From Alphaproteobacteria bacterium (lineage in GTDB: Bacteria; Pseudomonadota; Alphaproteobacteria; Sphingomonadales; Emcibacteraceae): a stretch of 64,000 nt of DNA. A program made the translations under genes and the position numbers. This document shows positions 48,959 to 59,039 of the stretch, piece after piece (position 1 is the stretch's first letter; every line of letters starts with the position of its first letter). The notes beneath the pieces were generated by a model. The model worked only from the letters and a program-made list of their open reading frames with translations. It ran no database searches and had not been told where the DNA came from. The DNA lies in assembly GCA_030428615.1 (NCBI GenBank), contig JAUIDN010000018.1, forward strand, positions 2,279 through 66,278, written 5' to 3'.

Positions 48959-50464
48959 TTGAACAAGAATAAAAAAACGGTGATGGGAATTGATCTGGGA
49001 ACCCAGAGCATAAAAGTCATCATATACCAACCTGAAACGCATGAAATATTAACCACGCAGTCACAACCCCTGGATCTGATCTCAAAACAGGATGGTTCAA
49101 TGGAACAACAATCCGACTGGTGGATTGACGGATTAAAACAATGCCTTAGAGACATCGACCCGGAATTAAGACAAACGATCACGGCTATTGGCATATCCGG
49201 TCAACAACACGGCTTTGTCCCGATTGATAAAAAAGGGACTGTTCTGGCACCCGTGAAGCTTTGGTGCGATACATCGACCGCAGTGGAATGCGAAGAAATT
49301 ATGGATGATGTTGGCGGCGAACAAAAATGTGTTGAGATCGCCGGGAATTCCATCGCTGTCGGATACACGGCCTCAAAAATCCGTTGGCTTAAAAAGAATA
49401 ACTCCGAAGCCTACGCCCGCATGTCAACCATTTTATTGCCACATGACTATCTGAATTTTTATTTAACCGGAAACCGTGTCATGGAATGTGGCGACGCATC
49501 AGGCACCGGAATTTTGAACGTTAGAAACCGTCAGTGGAGCAAACGCATCGCTGCGGCAATCGATAATAAACGGGATCTGATGCCGTGCCTTCCTACCCTG
49601 GTAGGACCCGATGATATAGCTGGCACCATTGTGAAAACCATCGCTAATGATCTTGGTCTTCCAACGGATATTATTGTATCTGCCGGTGGCGGGGATAATA
49701 TGATGGCCGCAATCGGTACGGGCAATGTTAAATGCGGGCAATTGACCGCAAGCCTTGGAACATCGGGCACTCTCTTTGCTTATCACAATCAGCCCGCCAT
49801 AGACCCGGAAGGCGATCTTGCGGCTTTTTGTTCATCAACTGGGGGGTGGCTGCCCCTTCTTTGCACGATGAACTGTACAGTAGCAACAGAACGGATGCGT
49901 AACCTTCTGGAAGTCGGTCTGGAAAAAATGGAAAAACTGGCATCATTTATCCCTCCGGGTGCGGATGGGGTTATCACCGTTCCATTTTTTAACGGTGAAC
50001 GCACACCTGCTCTTCCCAATGCAAAAGCATCCATTTTTGGGCTGGACATGCACAACACAACCAATGCACATTTAATTCGTTCCGCCATGGAAGCTGCTAT
50101 CTTTAATCTCAAAGCCGGTCTGGCCGCATTTGAGCGTTGCGGAATGACATTCAGTGAAGTAACCCTGACTGGCGGCGGCAGTAAAAGCAGTCTTTGGCGA
50201 CAAATTTGCGCAGATATCCTCAATCTTCCGGTTCGAGTGTTAGATATTGAGGAAAATGCTGCCTTCGGCGCCGCACTACAGGCATTATGGGCCCACAAAA
50301 AACATACAGGAAAACACTCCCCCCTTAATATCATTTGCGAAGAACATTTGCGGGAAGATAAAAGCAAACGCTGCTCACCCGACGCGCAGGCGGTTGCCCG
50401 GTACGCAATAATATATCAGGAATACCAATCATTTGTGAATTTGATCGGTCAACATTACAAATAG
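48959..50464 (+). CDS. xylB: Xylulokinase
   Basis: MGIDLGTQS FGGY-kinase N-terminus, GISGQQHG and GGG...W.Q..AD C-terminal motif. Adjacent to xylA. Start (TTG 48959 versus ATG 48983) uncertain. Confidence 0.88.
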   Translation: MNKNKKTVMGIDLGTQSIKVIIYQPETHEILTTQSQPLDLISKQDGSMEQQSDWWIDGLKQCLRDIDPELRQTITAIGISGQQHGFVPIDKKGTVLAPVKLWCDTSTAVECEEIMDDVGGEQKCVEIAGNSIAVGYTASKIRWLKKNNSEAYARMSTILLPHDYLNFYLTGNRVMECGDASGTGILNVRNRQWSKRIAAAIDNKRDLMPCLPTLVGPDDIAGTIVKTIANDLGLPTDIIVSAGGGDNMMAAIGTGNVKCGQLTASLGTSGTLFAYHNQPAIDPEGDLAAFCSSTGGWLPLLCTMNCTVATERMRNLLEVGLEKMEKLASFIPPGADGVITVPFFNGERTPALPNAKASIFGLDMHNTTNAHLIRSAMEAAIFNLKAGLAAFERCGMTFSEVTLTGGGSKSSLWRQICADILNLPVRVLDIEENAAFGAALQALWAHKKHTGKHSPLNIICEEHLREDKSKRCSPDAQAVARYAIIYQEYQSFVNLIGQHYK

Positions 50465-50476
50465 AGAGAGCACCAG

Positions 50477-51820
50477 ATGACAAGCACATTCATTGGCGAC
50501 AAAGAATATTTTACCGGCATCCACAAGATCGGCTATGAGGGGCCCCATTCCGATAACCCACTTGCCTTTAAATTTTATGATGCGGACAGGAAAATCGCCG
50601 GCAAAACGATGAAAGAACATCTTCGTTTTGCCGTGTGCTACTGGCATACTTTCTGTGGGACCGGCGCAGACCCGTTTGGCCCTGGCACTCAAATGTTTGA
50701 GTGGGATATGGCACCGGATGCGATAACCGCCGCGCACCAGAAAATGGATGCGGCATTTGAGTTATTCTCCAAATTAGGGGTTCCCTATTACTGCTTCCAT
50801 GATATCGATATCGCACCCGACGCCGATAGTGTCATCGAGAGAGAAAGAAACTTACAAACGATGGTCGCGCTTGCCAAAGAACGACAGCAAGAAACAGGGG
50901 TAAAACTGCTTTGGGGAACAGCCAATGTATTCAGTCACCCACGCTATATGAATGGTGCATCGACCAACCCTAATTTTGAAGTGCTAACCCATGCCGCGGC
51001 GCAGGTCAAAGGGGCAATTGATGCGACAATTGAACTTGGTGGTGAAAATTACGTTTTCTGGGGCGGACGTGAAGGATATGCCTGCTTACAAAATACAGAC
51101 ACACAGCGCGAACTTGAACATCTGGCGCAATTCCTGACCGTCGCACGGGACTATGGCCGCGCAAACGGTTTTAAAGGCACGTTTCTGATTGAGCCCAAAC
51201 CGATGGAGCCAACCAAACATCAATATGATTTCGATGCGCAGACGGTAATCGGTTTTTTACGCCATCACGGGCTTGATAAGGATTTTAAACTTAATATCGA
51301 AGCCAATCATGCGACCCTCGCGGGCCATACATTTGCCCATGATCTTCAGATGTGCACGGATGCCGACATGCTTGGCAGCATTGATGCCAATCGCGGGGAT
51401 CCGCAAAATGGCTGGGACACAGACCAGTTTCCCATAGATATATATGACACCGTTCATGGAATGATGGTGGTACTCGCATATGGCGGGCTTGGTTCAGGCG
51501 GCCTTAATTTTGACGCCAAAACAAGGCGCGAAAGCACCGATATGGAAGATATTTTCATTGGTCATATCGGCGGGATGGACGCTTTTGCCCGCGGGCTTGA
51601 AGTCGCCCACAGAATTCTGACGGAAAGCCCGCTTCCAAGCCATAAGGCCTCCAGATACACCAGTTTTGATAGCGGAAAGGGTTCAGAATTTGAAGCGGGT
51701 AAACTGTCGCTCAACGAGCTTCGTGACCTTGCAGTGGAATATGGAGAACCGAAAAGCATCAGCGCCAAGCAGGAATGGTACGAAAATGTTATCAATCAAT
51801 ATATTTTTGAAACGAAATAA
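50477..51820 (+). CDS. xylA: Xylose isomerase
   Basis: 447 aa. [25 protein letters not shown] and [11 protein letters not shown] motifs. Confidence 0.96.
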   Translation: MTSTFIGDKEYFTGIHKIGYEGPHSDNPLAFKFYDADRKIAGKTMKEHLRFAVCYWHTFCGTGADPFGPGTQMFEWDMAPDAITAAHQKMDAAFELFSKLGVPYYCFHDIDIAPDADSVIERERNLQTMVALAKERQQETGVKLLWGTANVFSHPRYMNGASTNPNFEVLTHAAAQVKGAIDATIELGGENYVFWGGREGYACLQNTDTQRELEHLAQFLTVARDYGRANGFKGTFLIEPKPMEPTKHQYDFDAQTVIGFLRHHGLDKDFKLNIEANHATLAGHTFAHDLQMCTDADMLGSIDANRGDPQNGWDTDQFPIDIYDTVHGMMVVLAYGGLGSGGLNFDAKTRRESTDMEDIFIGHIGGMDAFARGLEVAHRILTESPLPSHKASRYTSFDSGKGSEFEAGKLSLNELRDLAVEYGEPKSISAKQEWYENVINQYIFETK

Positions 51821-51851
51821 TATTCTCGATCAGGTTGTTTGGCGTAAAATG

Positions 51852-51887
51852 AAAAAAACCACCTCACTTTTGTGAGGTGGTTTTTTT
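51852..51887. terminator. Bidirectional intrinsic terminator (xylA / tRNA-Ala)
   Basis: A7-CCACCTCAC-tttt-GTGAGGTGG-T7, a perfect 9-bp stem. Confidence 0.9.
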
Positions 51888-51893
51888 CATTTT

Positions 51894-51969
51894 TGGTGGA
51901 GCTAAGCGGGCTCGAACCGCTGACCTCTACACTGCCAGTGTAGCGCTCTCCCAGCTGAGCTATAGCCCC
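51894..51969 (-). tRNA. tRNA-Ala (anticodon GGC)
   Basis: The reverse complement is GGGGCTA-TA-GCTC-AGCTGGGA-GAGC-G-CTACA-CTGGCAG-TGTAG-AGGTC-AGCGG-TTCGAGC-CCGCT-TAGCTCC-ACCA. It carries the G3:U70 Ala identity pair. Confidence 0.95.
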
Positions 51970-52063
51970 GTATTCTTCATTTATTTCTGGTTTCAAACGA
52001 AGCCGGCATATTTAACGGGCGAAATCTATTCGCCCCTTTTCATTTTTTCAATACAAAAATGAA

Positions 52064-52426
52064 TTAATCATCTGAAGTGGGTTTTACAATCGGCGCATCA
52101 ACAACCGCTTCAACTGGTGTATCATCTTCATCACTTAACACCACGGTATTGTCGTCCGCTTCCAAATCAATATCATCATCATCGTCGTCATCACTTAGGA
52201 GCGCATCATCATCAAGTAGATCTGCTGCTTCATCGTCGTCCTCAGTCTCGACCTCCTGCTTCTCTGAAATAAGTTCGATGGAGTGAGTTTTGCTCTTCAA
52301 GATAATCTCAGGTTTAAACTTATGTTTGCATTCGATACATACAATCGGCTCATATTCACCAAGGTCGTAAAATCTTGTTCCACATTTTGGGCACTGACGT
52401 TTTTCGCCCCATTCAGCTTTTGCCAA
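52064..52426 (-). CDS. TIGR02300 (FYDLN_acid) zinc-ribbon protein with an acidic tail
   Basis: KRQCPKCGTRFYDLGEYEPIVCIEC N-terminus followed by a long Asp/Glu-rich tail. Confidence 0.75.
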   Translation of the reverse strand: MAKAEWGEKRQCPKCGTRFYDLGEYEPIVCIECKHKFKPEIILKSKTHSIELISEKQEVETEDDDEAADLLDDDALLSDDDDDDDIDLEADDNTVVLSDEDDTPVEAVVDAPIVKPTSDD

Positions 52427-52624
52427 AGTATTTCTCCTTAGAACATTTAAAAAACTGTTCGCGGTCGGTTAAAAAAAATATCATTTGCCATTTTATAAGG
52501 CCACTGTCAAAGCCTATTATGACATTTATCTTATCTTTACTCCTAAAAGTGAGATAAATATCTTAAAAAGTTACACATTTATTATTTATATGGTATTTGA
52601 CAGCAGAAATTACGAAAACAAGAA

Positions 52625-53944
52625 TTGGATAAATTCATCAGTATGAATCAGCTATCATCGTCAAAATCCGGCCCCCTTGACGGCACAATTACGGTACCCG
52701 GTGACAAGTCCATTTCCCACCGCTCACTGATAATGGGTACGCTCGCCGTCGGTGAAAGTAAAATTTCAGGCCTCCTTGAAGGGGAAGACGTTCTTGGAAC
52801 AGCGGAAGCGCTAAAAGCACTTGGCGCAGATATTTATAAGGATAATACCGGAATCTGGCATGTTCATGGTGTTGGAATTTCCGGCCTTCGCGAACCTGGA
52901 AAGCCACTTGATATGGGCAATAGCGGGACAGGTGTAAGGCTAATGATGGGCTTGTTGGCAACACACCCGATAGAAGTCACCTTTAGTGGTGATCCTTCAT
53001 TATCATCGCGACCGATGAAACGCGTGACAGAGCCACTTACGCTATTTGGTGCTGCATTTACAGGCAGCGAGAAAGATACCCTGCCCATTACTGTAAAGGG
53101 TGCCAGAATGCCAATACCGGTTCGCTATGAATTACCCGTCGCATCTGCACAGGTAAAATCCGCGGTCATGCTGGCGGGCTTAAACACGCCCGGGCGGACC
53201 ACGGTCATCGAAAAAATACCGACTCGCGATCATTCTGAACGTATTTTTGATTATTTTGGTGTGCCAATCGAACTCAATGGCGATGAAATTACTGTGACCG
53301 GACAGGTCGAACTGCAAGCAAAGGATATGGCCGTGCCTGCGGATCCTTCCTCCGCAGCATTTCTGGTGGTAGGAGCCCTGATTACAAAGGGATCTGACAT
53401 CACTATAAATAATGTTGGCATCAACCCGGCGCGAACCGGTTTATTTACGACGTTGATCGAAATGGGCGGTAAAATAGATTTCAATAACCTGAGACAGGAA
53501 TGCGGTGAGGATGTTGCAGACATTCGCGTCCGGTATTCCAACCTGAAAGGCGTTGACGTGCCAAAAGAACGTGCTCCCTCAATGATTGATGAATATCCCG
53601 TTCTTTGCGCTGCGGCGGCGAATGCGGATGGCGAAACCGTTATGAGAGGACTCGAAGAATTACGTGTCAAGGAAAGTGACAGGATCTCAGTAATGGTTAA
53701 GGGACTTAAATCCTGTGGCGTTAATGTCACCGAACATGAAGATGGTATGACAGTCCGGAATTCTGTTACAAAGGGCGATGCCACAATAGAAACAAAACTC
53801 GATCACCGAATAGCAATGTCATTTTTGGTGCTTGGTCTGAATGCCGAAAAGCCTATAACCGTCGATGATGGCGCCGTGATAGAAACCAGTTTCCCGGGAT
53901 TTGTAGAACTCATGAACAGCGTGGGGGCAAATATATGTCCCTGA
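52625..53944 (+). CDS. aroA: 3-phosphoshikimate 1-carboxyvinyltransferase
   Basis: PGDKSISHR, LDMGNSGT and DHRIAM motifs. 439 aa. Confidence 0.95.
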   Translation: MDKFISMNQLSSSKSGPLDGTITVPGDKSISHRSLIMGTLAVGESKISGLLEGEDVLGTAEALKALGADIYKDNTGIWHVHGVGISGLREPGKPLDMGNSGTGVRLMMGLLATHPIEVTFSGDPSLSSRPMKRVTEPLTLFGAAFTGSEKDTLPITVKGARMPIPVRYELPVASAQVKSAVMLAGLNTPGRTTVIEKIPTRDHSERIFDYFGVPIELNGDEITVTGQVELQAKDMAVPADPSSAAFLVVGALITKGSDITINNVGINPARTGLFTTLIEMGGKIDFNNLRQECGEDVADIRVRYSNLKGVDVPKERAPSMIDEYPVLCAAAANADGETVMRGLEELRVKESDRISVMVKGLKSCGVNVTEHEDGMTVRNSVTKGDATIETKLDHRIAMSFLVLGLNAEKPITVDDGAVIETSFPGFVELMNSVGANICP

Positions 53945-54588
53945 AAACAAAACTGCTGATTGCGCTTGATGGTCCGGCCGCTTCGGGCAAAGGAACGCTC
54001 GCCCGAAAACTTGCAGAACATTATAATCTCGCACTTCTGGATACAGGAAAGCTTTACCGCGCGGTCGGCTGGAATGTCCTTAAGGCCGGTGGTGACCCGG
54101 AAAACGAGGATGACGCGGTTGCAGCCACCAAAAAAATACCGACCACTGACTTGTCAAACCCCGAACTTAAAAGCGAATCAATGGGCGCTGCCGCATCGAA
54201 AGTTGCAGCGATCCCCGCCGTACGGCAGCTTTTAGCCGATTTCCAGCGTCATTTTGCCAATAATCCCCCTGCCGATAAAAACGGTGCTATTCTTGATGGC
54301 AGGGATATAGGCACTGTTATCTGCCCCGACGCCCCGATAAAAATATTTATCACAGCAGACGTTGAAACCCGTGCAAAACGGCGGTTTCTGGAAGAATTTG
54401 GCAATACCGGAAGCGAAGAAGAATACCGAACGATTCTGGAAGAACTTAAGGCCCGAGACACACGCGATGTGAATCGCGCCACATCCCCCCTGAAAAAAGC
54501 TGATGACGCGCACTTGATCGACACAACAAATTCAGATATAGAGGCCGTGTTTGAAGCTGCAATCACTTATGTTTCAAGCAAAGAGTAG
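53935..54588 (+). CDS. cmk: Cytidylate kinase
   Basis: IALDGPAASGKGT P-loop and LDGRDIGT motifs. Overlaps the aroA stop by 10 nt. Confidence 0.93.
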   Translation: MSLKTKLLIALDGPAASGKGTLARKLAEHYNLALLDTGKLYRAVGWNVLKAGGDPENEDDAVAATKKIPTTDLSNPELKSESMGAAASKVAAIPAVRQLLADFQRHFANNPPADKNGAILDGRDIGTVICPDAPIKIFITADVETRAKRRFLEEFGNTGSEEEYRTILEELKARDTRDVNRATSPLKKADDAHLIDTTNSDIEAVFEAAITYVSSKE

Positions 54589-54773
54589 AGCAAAAATACC
54601 AGAAAATACTATCTTTAACCGATCAAAACGATGGGTTAGAGGTGTATTTGTTTTTGCTTATAATTTTAACACTAACCTTTTTATTAAGACCGTCGGAAAC
54701 AACCGACTGGCCTATATAAAAACAGGGTGCCCGAATAATCGGATAGATCACCCACTTTGAATAGGTAATTATA

Positions 54774-56708
54774 ATGACTGAACTTAATGTTCCAACAACC
54801 GAAGACTTCGCAGCAATGCTCGAAGAATCATTTGGTCCCGAAGGCAAATTTGACGGCAAAGTTGTCACAGGAACCATCATCGCAGTGGATAAAGAATCTG
54901 CGACTATAGATATCGGCCTTAAAGCAGAAGGCCGCGTCCCTCTAAAAGAATTCGCCGCTCATGGACAAAACGCCGAATTAAATGTAGGTGATCAGGTAGA
55001 AGTATTTGTGGAGCGTATTGAGAACGCCAAAGGCGAAGCAATGCTTTCACGCGAGAAAGCACGCCGCGAAGAAGCCTGGACCGTTCTTGAAAAATCATAT
55101 GAAGCAGAAGAACGCGTTAACGGTGTTATCTTTGGCCGCGTAAAAGGTGGCTTCACAGTAGACCTCGCCGGCGCAGTTGCATTCCTTCCTGGAAGTCAGG
55201 TAGATGTTCGTCCGATTCGCGATGTAACTCCACTTATGAATATTGAACAACCATTCCAGATTCTGAAAATGGACCGCAAGCGTGGTAATATTGTTGTGTC
55301 GCGCCGCGCTATTCTTGAAGAAACACGCGCCGAGCAACGCACTGAAATTATCGCCAATCTCGCTGAAGGCAAAACGGTTGAAGGTGTTGTTAAAAATATC
55401 ACAGATTACGGTGCATTCGTTGATCTTGGTGGTATCGACGGCCTGTTACACGTAACGGATATTTCATGGAAACGTATCAATCACCCTTCAGACATTCTGA
55501 ATATCGGTGATACAATTGACGTTCAGATCATCAGGTTAAATCCAGATACACAACGTATCTCACTTGGTATGAAGCAACTTACTGAAGATCCTTGGGAAAC
55601 AATAACCAGTAAATACCCGATTGGATCAAAACTTACCGGCCGTATAACAAATATTACAGATTACGGTGCGTTTGTTGAGCTTGATGACGGCGTGGAAGGT
55701 CTTGTACACGTATCTGAAATGAGCTGGGTTAAGAAAAACGTCCATCCGGGTAAAATCGTCTCAAGCAGCCAGGAAGTTGAAGTTATGGTGCTTGAAATTG
55801 ATTCAGAAAAACGACGTATCAGCCTTGGACTTAAACAATGCATGGATAACCCATGGCTTTCATTTGCCGATAAATATCCGGTTGGAACCGAAATCGAAGG
55901 TGAAGTTAAAAACATCACAGAATTCGGTCTTTTCGTCGGCCTTGAAGGTGAAATGGATGGCATGGTCCACTTGTCCGACCTGGACTGGAATAAAACCGGT
56001 GAAGAAGCTATTGCCGAATATAAGAAAGGCGACATTGTAAAAGCTGTCATTCTTGATGTGGATACGGAAAAAGAACGTATTTCACTTGGTGTCAAACAAC
56101 TGACTTCTGATCCGGTAAATTCAGTTTCCGGTCTTAAGAAAGGTGGAACGGTTACCTGTACTGTCACTGAAGTGACAGAAAACGGTTTGGAAGTTTCCGT
56201 TGGTGAAGGAGAAGGTATCAAAGCTTTCATTCGCCGTTCGGACCTTAGCCGTGATCGTGCAGAACAACGTCCTGAAAGATTTTCTGTCGGTGACAAGCTT
56301 GATGCCAAAGTGACAACACTTGACAAGAAAGCCCGTAAAGTTGGTCTTTCTATCAAGCAACTTGAAATTTCTGAAGAGAAAGAAGCAGTGGCACAGTACG
56401 GATCTTCGGACAGTGGTGCGAGCTTGGGTGATATTCTGGGCGCTGCGATAGCCGATGCTGCTCCGGCAGCGGATGCAAAACCAGCTAAGAAAAAAGCAGC
56501 TCCAAAAAAGGCTGCGGCCAAGAAGGAAGAAGCACCAGCCGAGGAAGCTGCAGAAGAAGAAAAACCAGCGAAAAAGAAAGCTGCCCCTAAAAAAGCGGCG
56601 CCAAAGAAAGCTGCTGCAAAAAAAGCTGATGATGCTGATGCAGAGAAAAAACCAACAAAAAAGAAAGCAGCGCCAAAAAAAGCTGCTGCAAAAAAAGACG
56701 ATAAATAA
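54774..56708 (+). CDS. rpsA: 30S ribosomal protein S1 with a Lys/Ala/Pro-rich C-terminal extension
   Basis: Six recognisable S1/OB repeats (e.g. GVVKNITDYGAFVDLGGIDGLLHVTDISW). The last ~85 aa (from nt 56451) are AKP-repeat sequence. Confidence 0.95.
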   Translation: MTELNVPTTEDFAAMLEESFGPEGKFDGKVVTGTIIAVDKESATIDIGLKAEGRVPLKEFAAHGQNAELNVGDQVEVFVERIENAKGEAMLSREKARREEAWTVLEKSYEAEERVNGVIFGRVKGGFTVDLAGAVAFLPGSQVDVRPIRDVTPLMNIEQPFQILKMDRKRGNIVVSRRAILEETRAEQRTEIIANLAEGKTVEGVVKNITDYGAFVDLGGIDGLLHVTDISWKRINHPSDILNIGDTIDVQIIRLNPDTQRISLGMKQLTEDPWETITSKYPIGSKLTGRITNITDYGAFVELDDGVEGLVHVSEMSWVKKNVHPGKIVSSSQEVEVMVLEIDSEKRRISLGLKQCMDNPWLSFADKYPVGTEIEGEVKNITEFGLFVGLEGEMDGMVHLSDLDWNKTGEEAIAEYKKGDIVKAVILDVDTEKERISLGVKQLTSDPVNSVSGLKKGGTVTCTVTEVTENGLEVSVGEGEGIKAFIRRSDLSRDRAEQRPERFSVGDKLDAKVTTLDKKARKVGLSIKQLEISEEKEAVAQYGSSDSGASLGDILGAAIADAAPAADAKPAKKKAAPKKAAAKKEEAPAEEAAEEEKPAKKKAAPKKAAPKKAAAKKADDADAEKKPTKKKAAPKKAAAKKDDK

Positions 56709-56741
56709 ACTTAACCTTTTTTCTTTGTTAAATTATATAAA

Positions 56742-56770
56742 ACGCCCGGAATTTCCGGGCGTTTTTTTTG
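56742..56770 (+). terminator. Intrinsic terminator after rpsA
   Basis: CGCCCGG-aattt-CCGGGCG followed by T8. Confidence 0.9.
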
Positions 56771-56986
56771 ACTTCAGAACTGAAATGATTCTCTTAAACC
56801 ACCGCCCTACGCGAGCTGAATATCTCTTAAAACAGGTTAATTTGCGCGATTTTTTAAAATTTACCTCTAATTTATTAAAAAAACATGGCTTATAAGGTAC
56901 TTAGCCTTGACGACCTTGACAGTCTCTGGCACCTTATATTCTCCAAGCAACCAAAAGTAATATTAACAACATATAGGGGTCTGAGG

Positions 56987-57268
56987 ATGATAAAGTCGGA
57001 GCTGATAGCAAGATTGGTTGATGCCAATCCCCATCTTTATCAACGCGATGTTGAACGTATCGTCAATACCATATTCGAGGAAATCACTAATACCCTTGCA
57101 GAAGGTAACCGGGTTGAGCTCCGTGGTTTTGGTGCTTTTTCGGTCAAACACCGCCCAGCGCGGACAGGACGTAACCCACGCACTGGACAAGCTGTTGATG
57201 TACCCGCAAAAAGCGTCCCTTATTTCAAAACCGGTAAAGACCTTCGGGAAAAATTGAACAAAAAATAA
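56987..57268 (+). CDS. ihfB: Integration host factor subunit beta
   Basis: [10 protein letters not shown]...[23 protein letters not shown] is canonical IHF-beta. GAGG precedes ATG 56987, so the 56885 start is an over-extension. Confidence 0.93.
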   Translation: MIKSELIARLVDANPHLYQRDVERIVNTIFEEITNTLAEGNRVELRGFGAFSVKHRPARTGRNPRTGQAVDVPAKSVPYFKTGKDLREKLNKK

Positions 57269-57317
57269 TTTGTTCCAAACAAACAGAATAAGACAAGGGT
57301 TTAAAAGGCCTTAAAAT

Positions 57318-57644
57318 ATGCGCTTTATCTTTTATGCTGCTTTTGCCCTGTTTACGCTTCTCTGTATCATTATTGCAGTATCAAATAGCACCCCGGTACA
57401 GTTTAGTTTATCGCCAATCCCTATTAACATGGAAATACCAGCTTTTGGTTTGGTATTTATTGGTATTCTTATCGGTATTGGCGGCGGTTGGATTGTATCC
57501 ATATATTCAGGAATTCGCCACGCCAGACGACATCGATTGGCAGATAAAAAAATCCGCGAGCTGGAAGAAAAAATAAAATCCAGCGAATCCGAAAATATTA
57601 ATTTGTCAAATGCCCGCAACCATGGCAAAAGTTCTGCAGAATAA
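57318..57644 (+). CDS. LapA/DUF1049 family inner-membrane protein
   Basis: Two TM helices followed by a short helical basic tail. Conserved position downstream of ihfB. Confidence 0.6.
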   Translation: MRFIFYAAFALFTLLCIIIAVSNSTPVQFSLSPIPINMEIPAFGLVFIGILIGIGGGWIVSIYSGIRHARRHRLADKKIRELEEKIKSSESENINLSNARNHGKSSAE

Positions 57645-57661
57645 ACGATCAGGAAACTACG

Positions 57662-58384
57662 GTGGACAAGTTAAAACCTTCAGAACGCATCCTATGCGCA
57701 CTTGATACAACAGATGTCAATGAGGCATGCGATCTCGCAAAAATACTTGGTCCTCATGTCGGTGGAATAAAATTGGGCTTGGAATTTTTTGGCGCCCATG
57801 GTCCTCAAGGTTTCAGGGAAGTTGCCAAAGCGCATAATAATATTTTTCTGGATCTGAAACTTCATGATATCCCGAACACTGTCGCAAAAGCCATCCATGC
57901 TTTAATGCCGTTACGGCCAAAGATAATGACCGTTCATACAGCGGGTGGCCCCGCCATGATGAGCGCTGCTGCTGATGCCGCCAGCGCTGCGGCGCAGGAT
58001 ATCAGATGCGAGCGCCCGATAATTGTTGGTGTCACAATTCTCACGAGTCTGGACGGCGACGATCTTAACGCAATAGGTTATCAGGATGATGTATCGAAAC
58101 AGGTCGTTAAACTGGCAATGCTCGCGAAGGAAAGTGGTCTTGACGGTGTTGTGTGCTCACCCCATGAAATTCGACTGATAAAAGAAGCATGCGGCGAAAA
58201 TTTTAAACTTGTTGTGCCAGGCATTCGCCCTACCGGAAGCGTTAAGGGGGATCAGAAAAGGGTTATGTCACCATCCGAAGCGGTAGAAAGTGGCGCAGAT
58301 TACCTGGTGATCGGTCGACCTATAACCCAAGCTGCTAGTCCCGCCGATGCAGCGCGGATGATCGCAAAAGAAATCAACAGTTAG
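57662..58384 (+). CDS. pyrF: Orotidine 5'-phosphate decarboxylase
   Basis: CALD, FLDLKLHDIPNT and LVIGRPI motifs. GTG start. Confidence 0.92.
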   Translation: MDKLKPSERILCALDTTDVNEACDLAKILGPHVGGIKLGLEFFGAHGPQGFREVAKAHNNIFLDLKLHDIPNTVAKAIHALMPLRPKIMTVHTAGGPAMMSAAADAASAAAQDIRCERPIIVGVTILTSLDGDDLNAIGYQDDVSKQVVKLAMLAKESGLDGVVCSPHEIRLIKEACGENFKLVVPGIRPTGSVKGDQKRVMSPSEAVESGADYLVIGRPITQAASPADAARMIAKEINS

Positions 58385-58385
58385 C

Positions 58386-59039
58386 ATGACACCAAAAGCA
58401 AAAATATGCGGCTTATCAACTATAGAAACCGTGCAGGCCGCCATTGACGCGGGGGCAAGTTATATCGGGTTTGTGTTTTTCCCTCCTTCGCCCCGCAACA
58501 TAACCGTTGAGACGGCAAAGCTACTCGCTTCCTCTGCCGGGAACAATGTGTTAAAGGTCGGTGTTTTTGTTAATCCTGATGACGCCCTACTCGATGATGT
58601 GATAAAGAATGTCGCTATTGATATTATCCAGCTTCATGGCAATGAAACAATTGAACGCGTTAAGTTTATTAAAGAAAAATTTTTAAAGCCCGTCATGAAA
58701 GCAATTTCTGTTGCGTCTGTGGAAGACATCAAGCGGGCGAAAATGTATGATACCAAAACCGACATGCTTTTATTTGATGCTAAAGCACCGGTTGAAATGG
58801 AGGGCGCCCTACCGGGCGGTAATGGTCTGGCCTTTGATTGGAATTTAATTGCCGGACATCAATGGGCTGTACCATGGATGCTTAGTGGCGGTCTGGATAT
58901 AACTAACGTGTCCGACGCGATAAAAATAAGTGGTGCAAAAATCGTGGATGTATCTAGTGGGCTTGAAACTTCGCCGGGAAATAAAGATATTAGTAAAATA
59001 AATGCGTTCATGAAAGCGGTTCGGGAAACAAAAGAATGA
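58386..59039 (+). CDS. trpF: Phosphoribosylanthranilate isomerase
   Basis: KICG, GFVF...SPR, QLHG and GGL motifs. Position upstream of trpB. Confidence 0.9.
   Translation: MTPKAKICGLSTIETVQAAIDAGASYIGFVFFPPSPRNITVETAKLLASSAGNNVLKVGVFVNPDDALLDDVIKNVAIDIIQLHGNETIERVKFIKEKFLKPVMKAISVASVEDIKRAKMYDTKTDMLLFDAKAPVEMEGALPGGNGLAFDWNLIAGHQWAVPWMLSGGLDITNVSDAIKISGAKIVDVSSGLETSPGNKDISKINAFMKAVRETKE

Noticed and set aside
49789-50367. 192-aa minus-strand ORF inside xylB (also 49499-49946)
   Set aside because: Antisense shadow of a well-supported FGGY kinase gene.
51796-52062. Two 60-66-aa ORFs overlapping tRNA-Ala and its terminator
   Set aside because: The region is fully explained by a canonical tRNA-Ala(GGC) cloverleaf and a perfect hairpin terminator.
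53251-53784. 177-aa minus-strand ORF inside aroA
   Set aside because: Antisense shadow. aroA motifs are unambiguous on the plus strand.
55661-56521. 286-aa ORF on the minus strand inside rpsA
   Set aside because: It is an Ala/Ser/Pro-rich mirror frame of a gene with six unmistakable S1 domains. It has no start context or recognisable motifs and looks like a typical antisense shadow ORF.
56451-56708. Possibility that the S1 tail is a separate histone-like gene fused by a frameshift error
   Set aside because: There is no stop codon, RBS or start codon at the junction, and the frame is continuous. I kept it as a finding, with a read-mapping check, rather than calling a separate gene.
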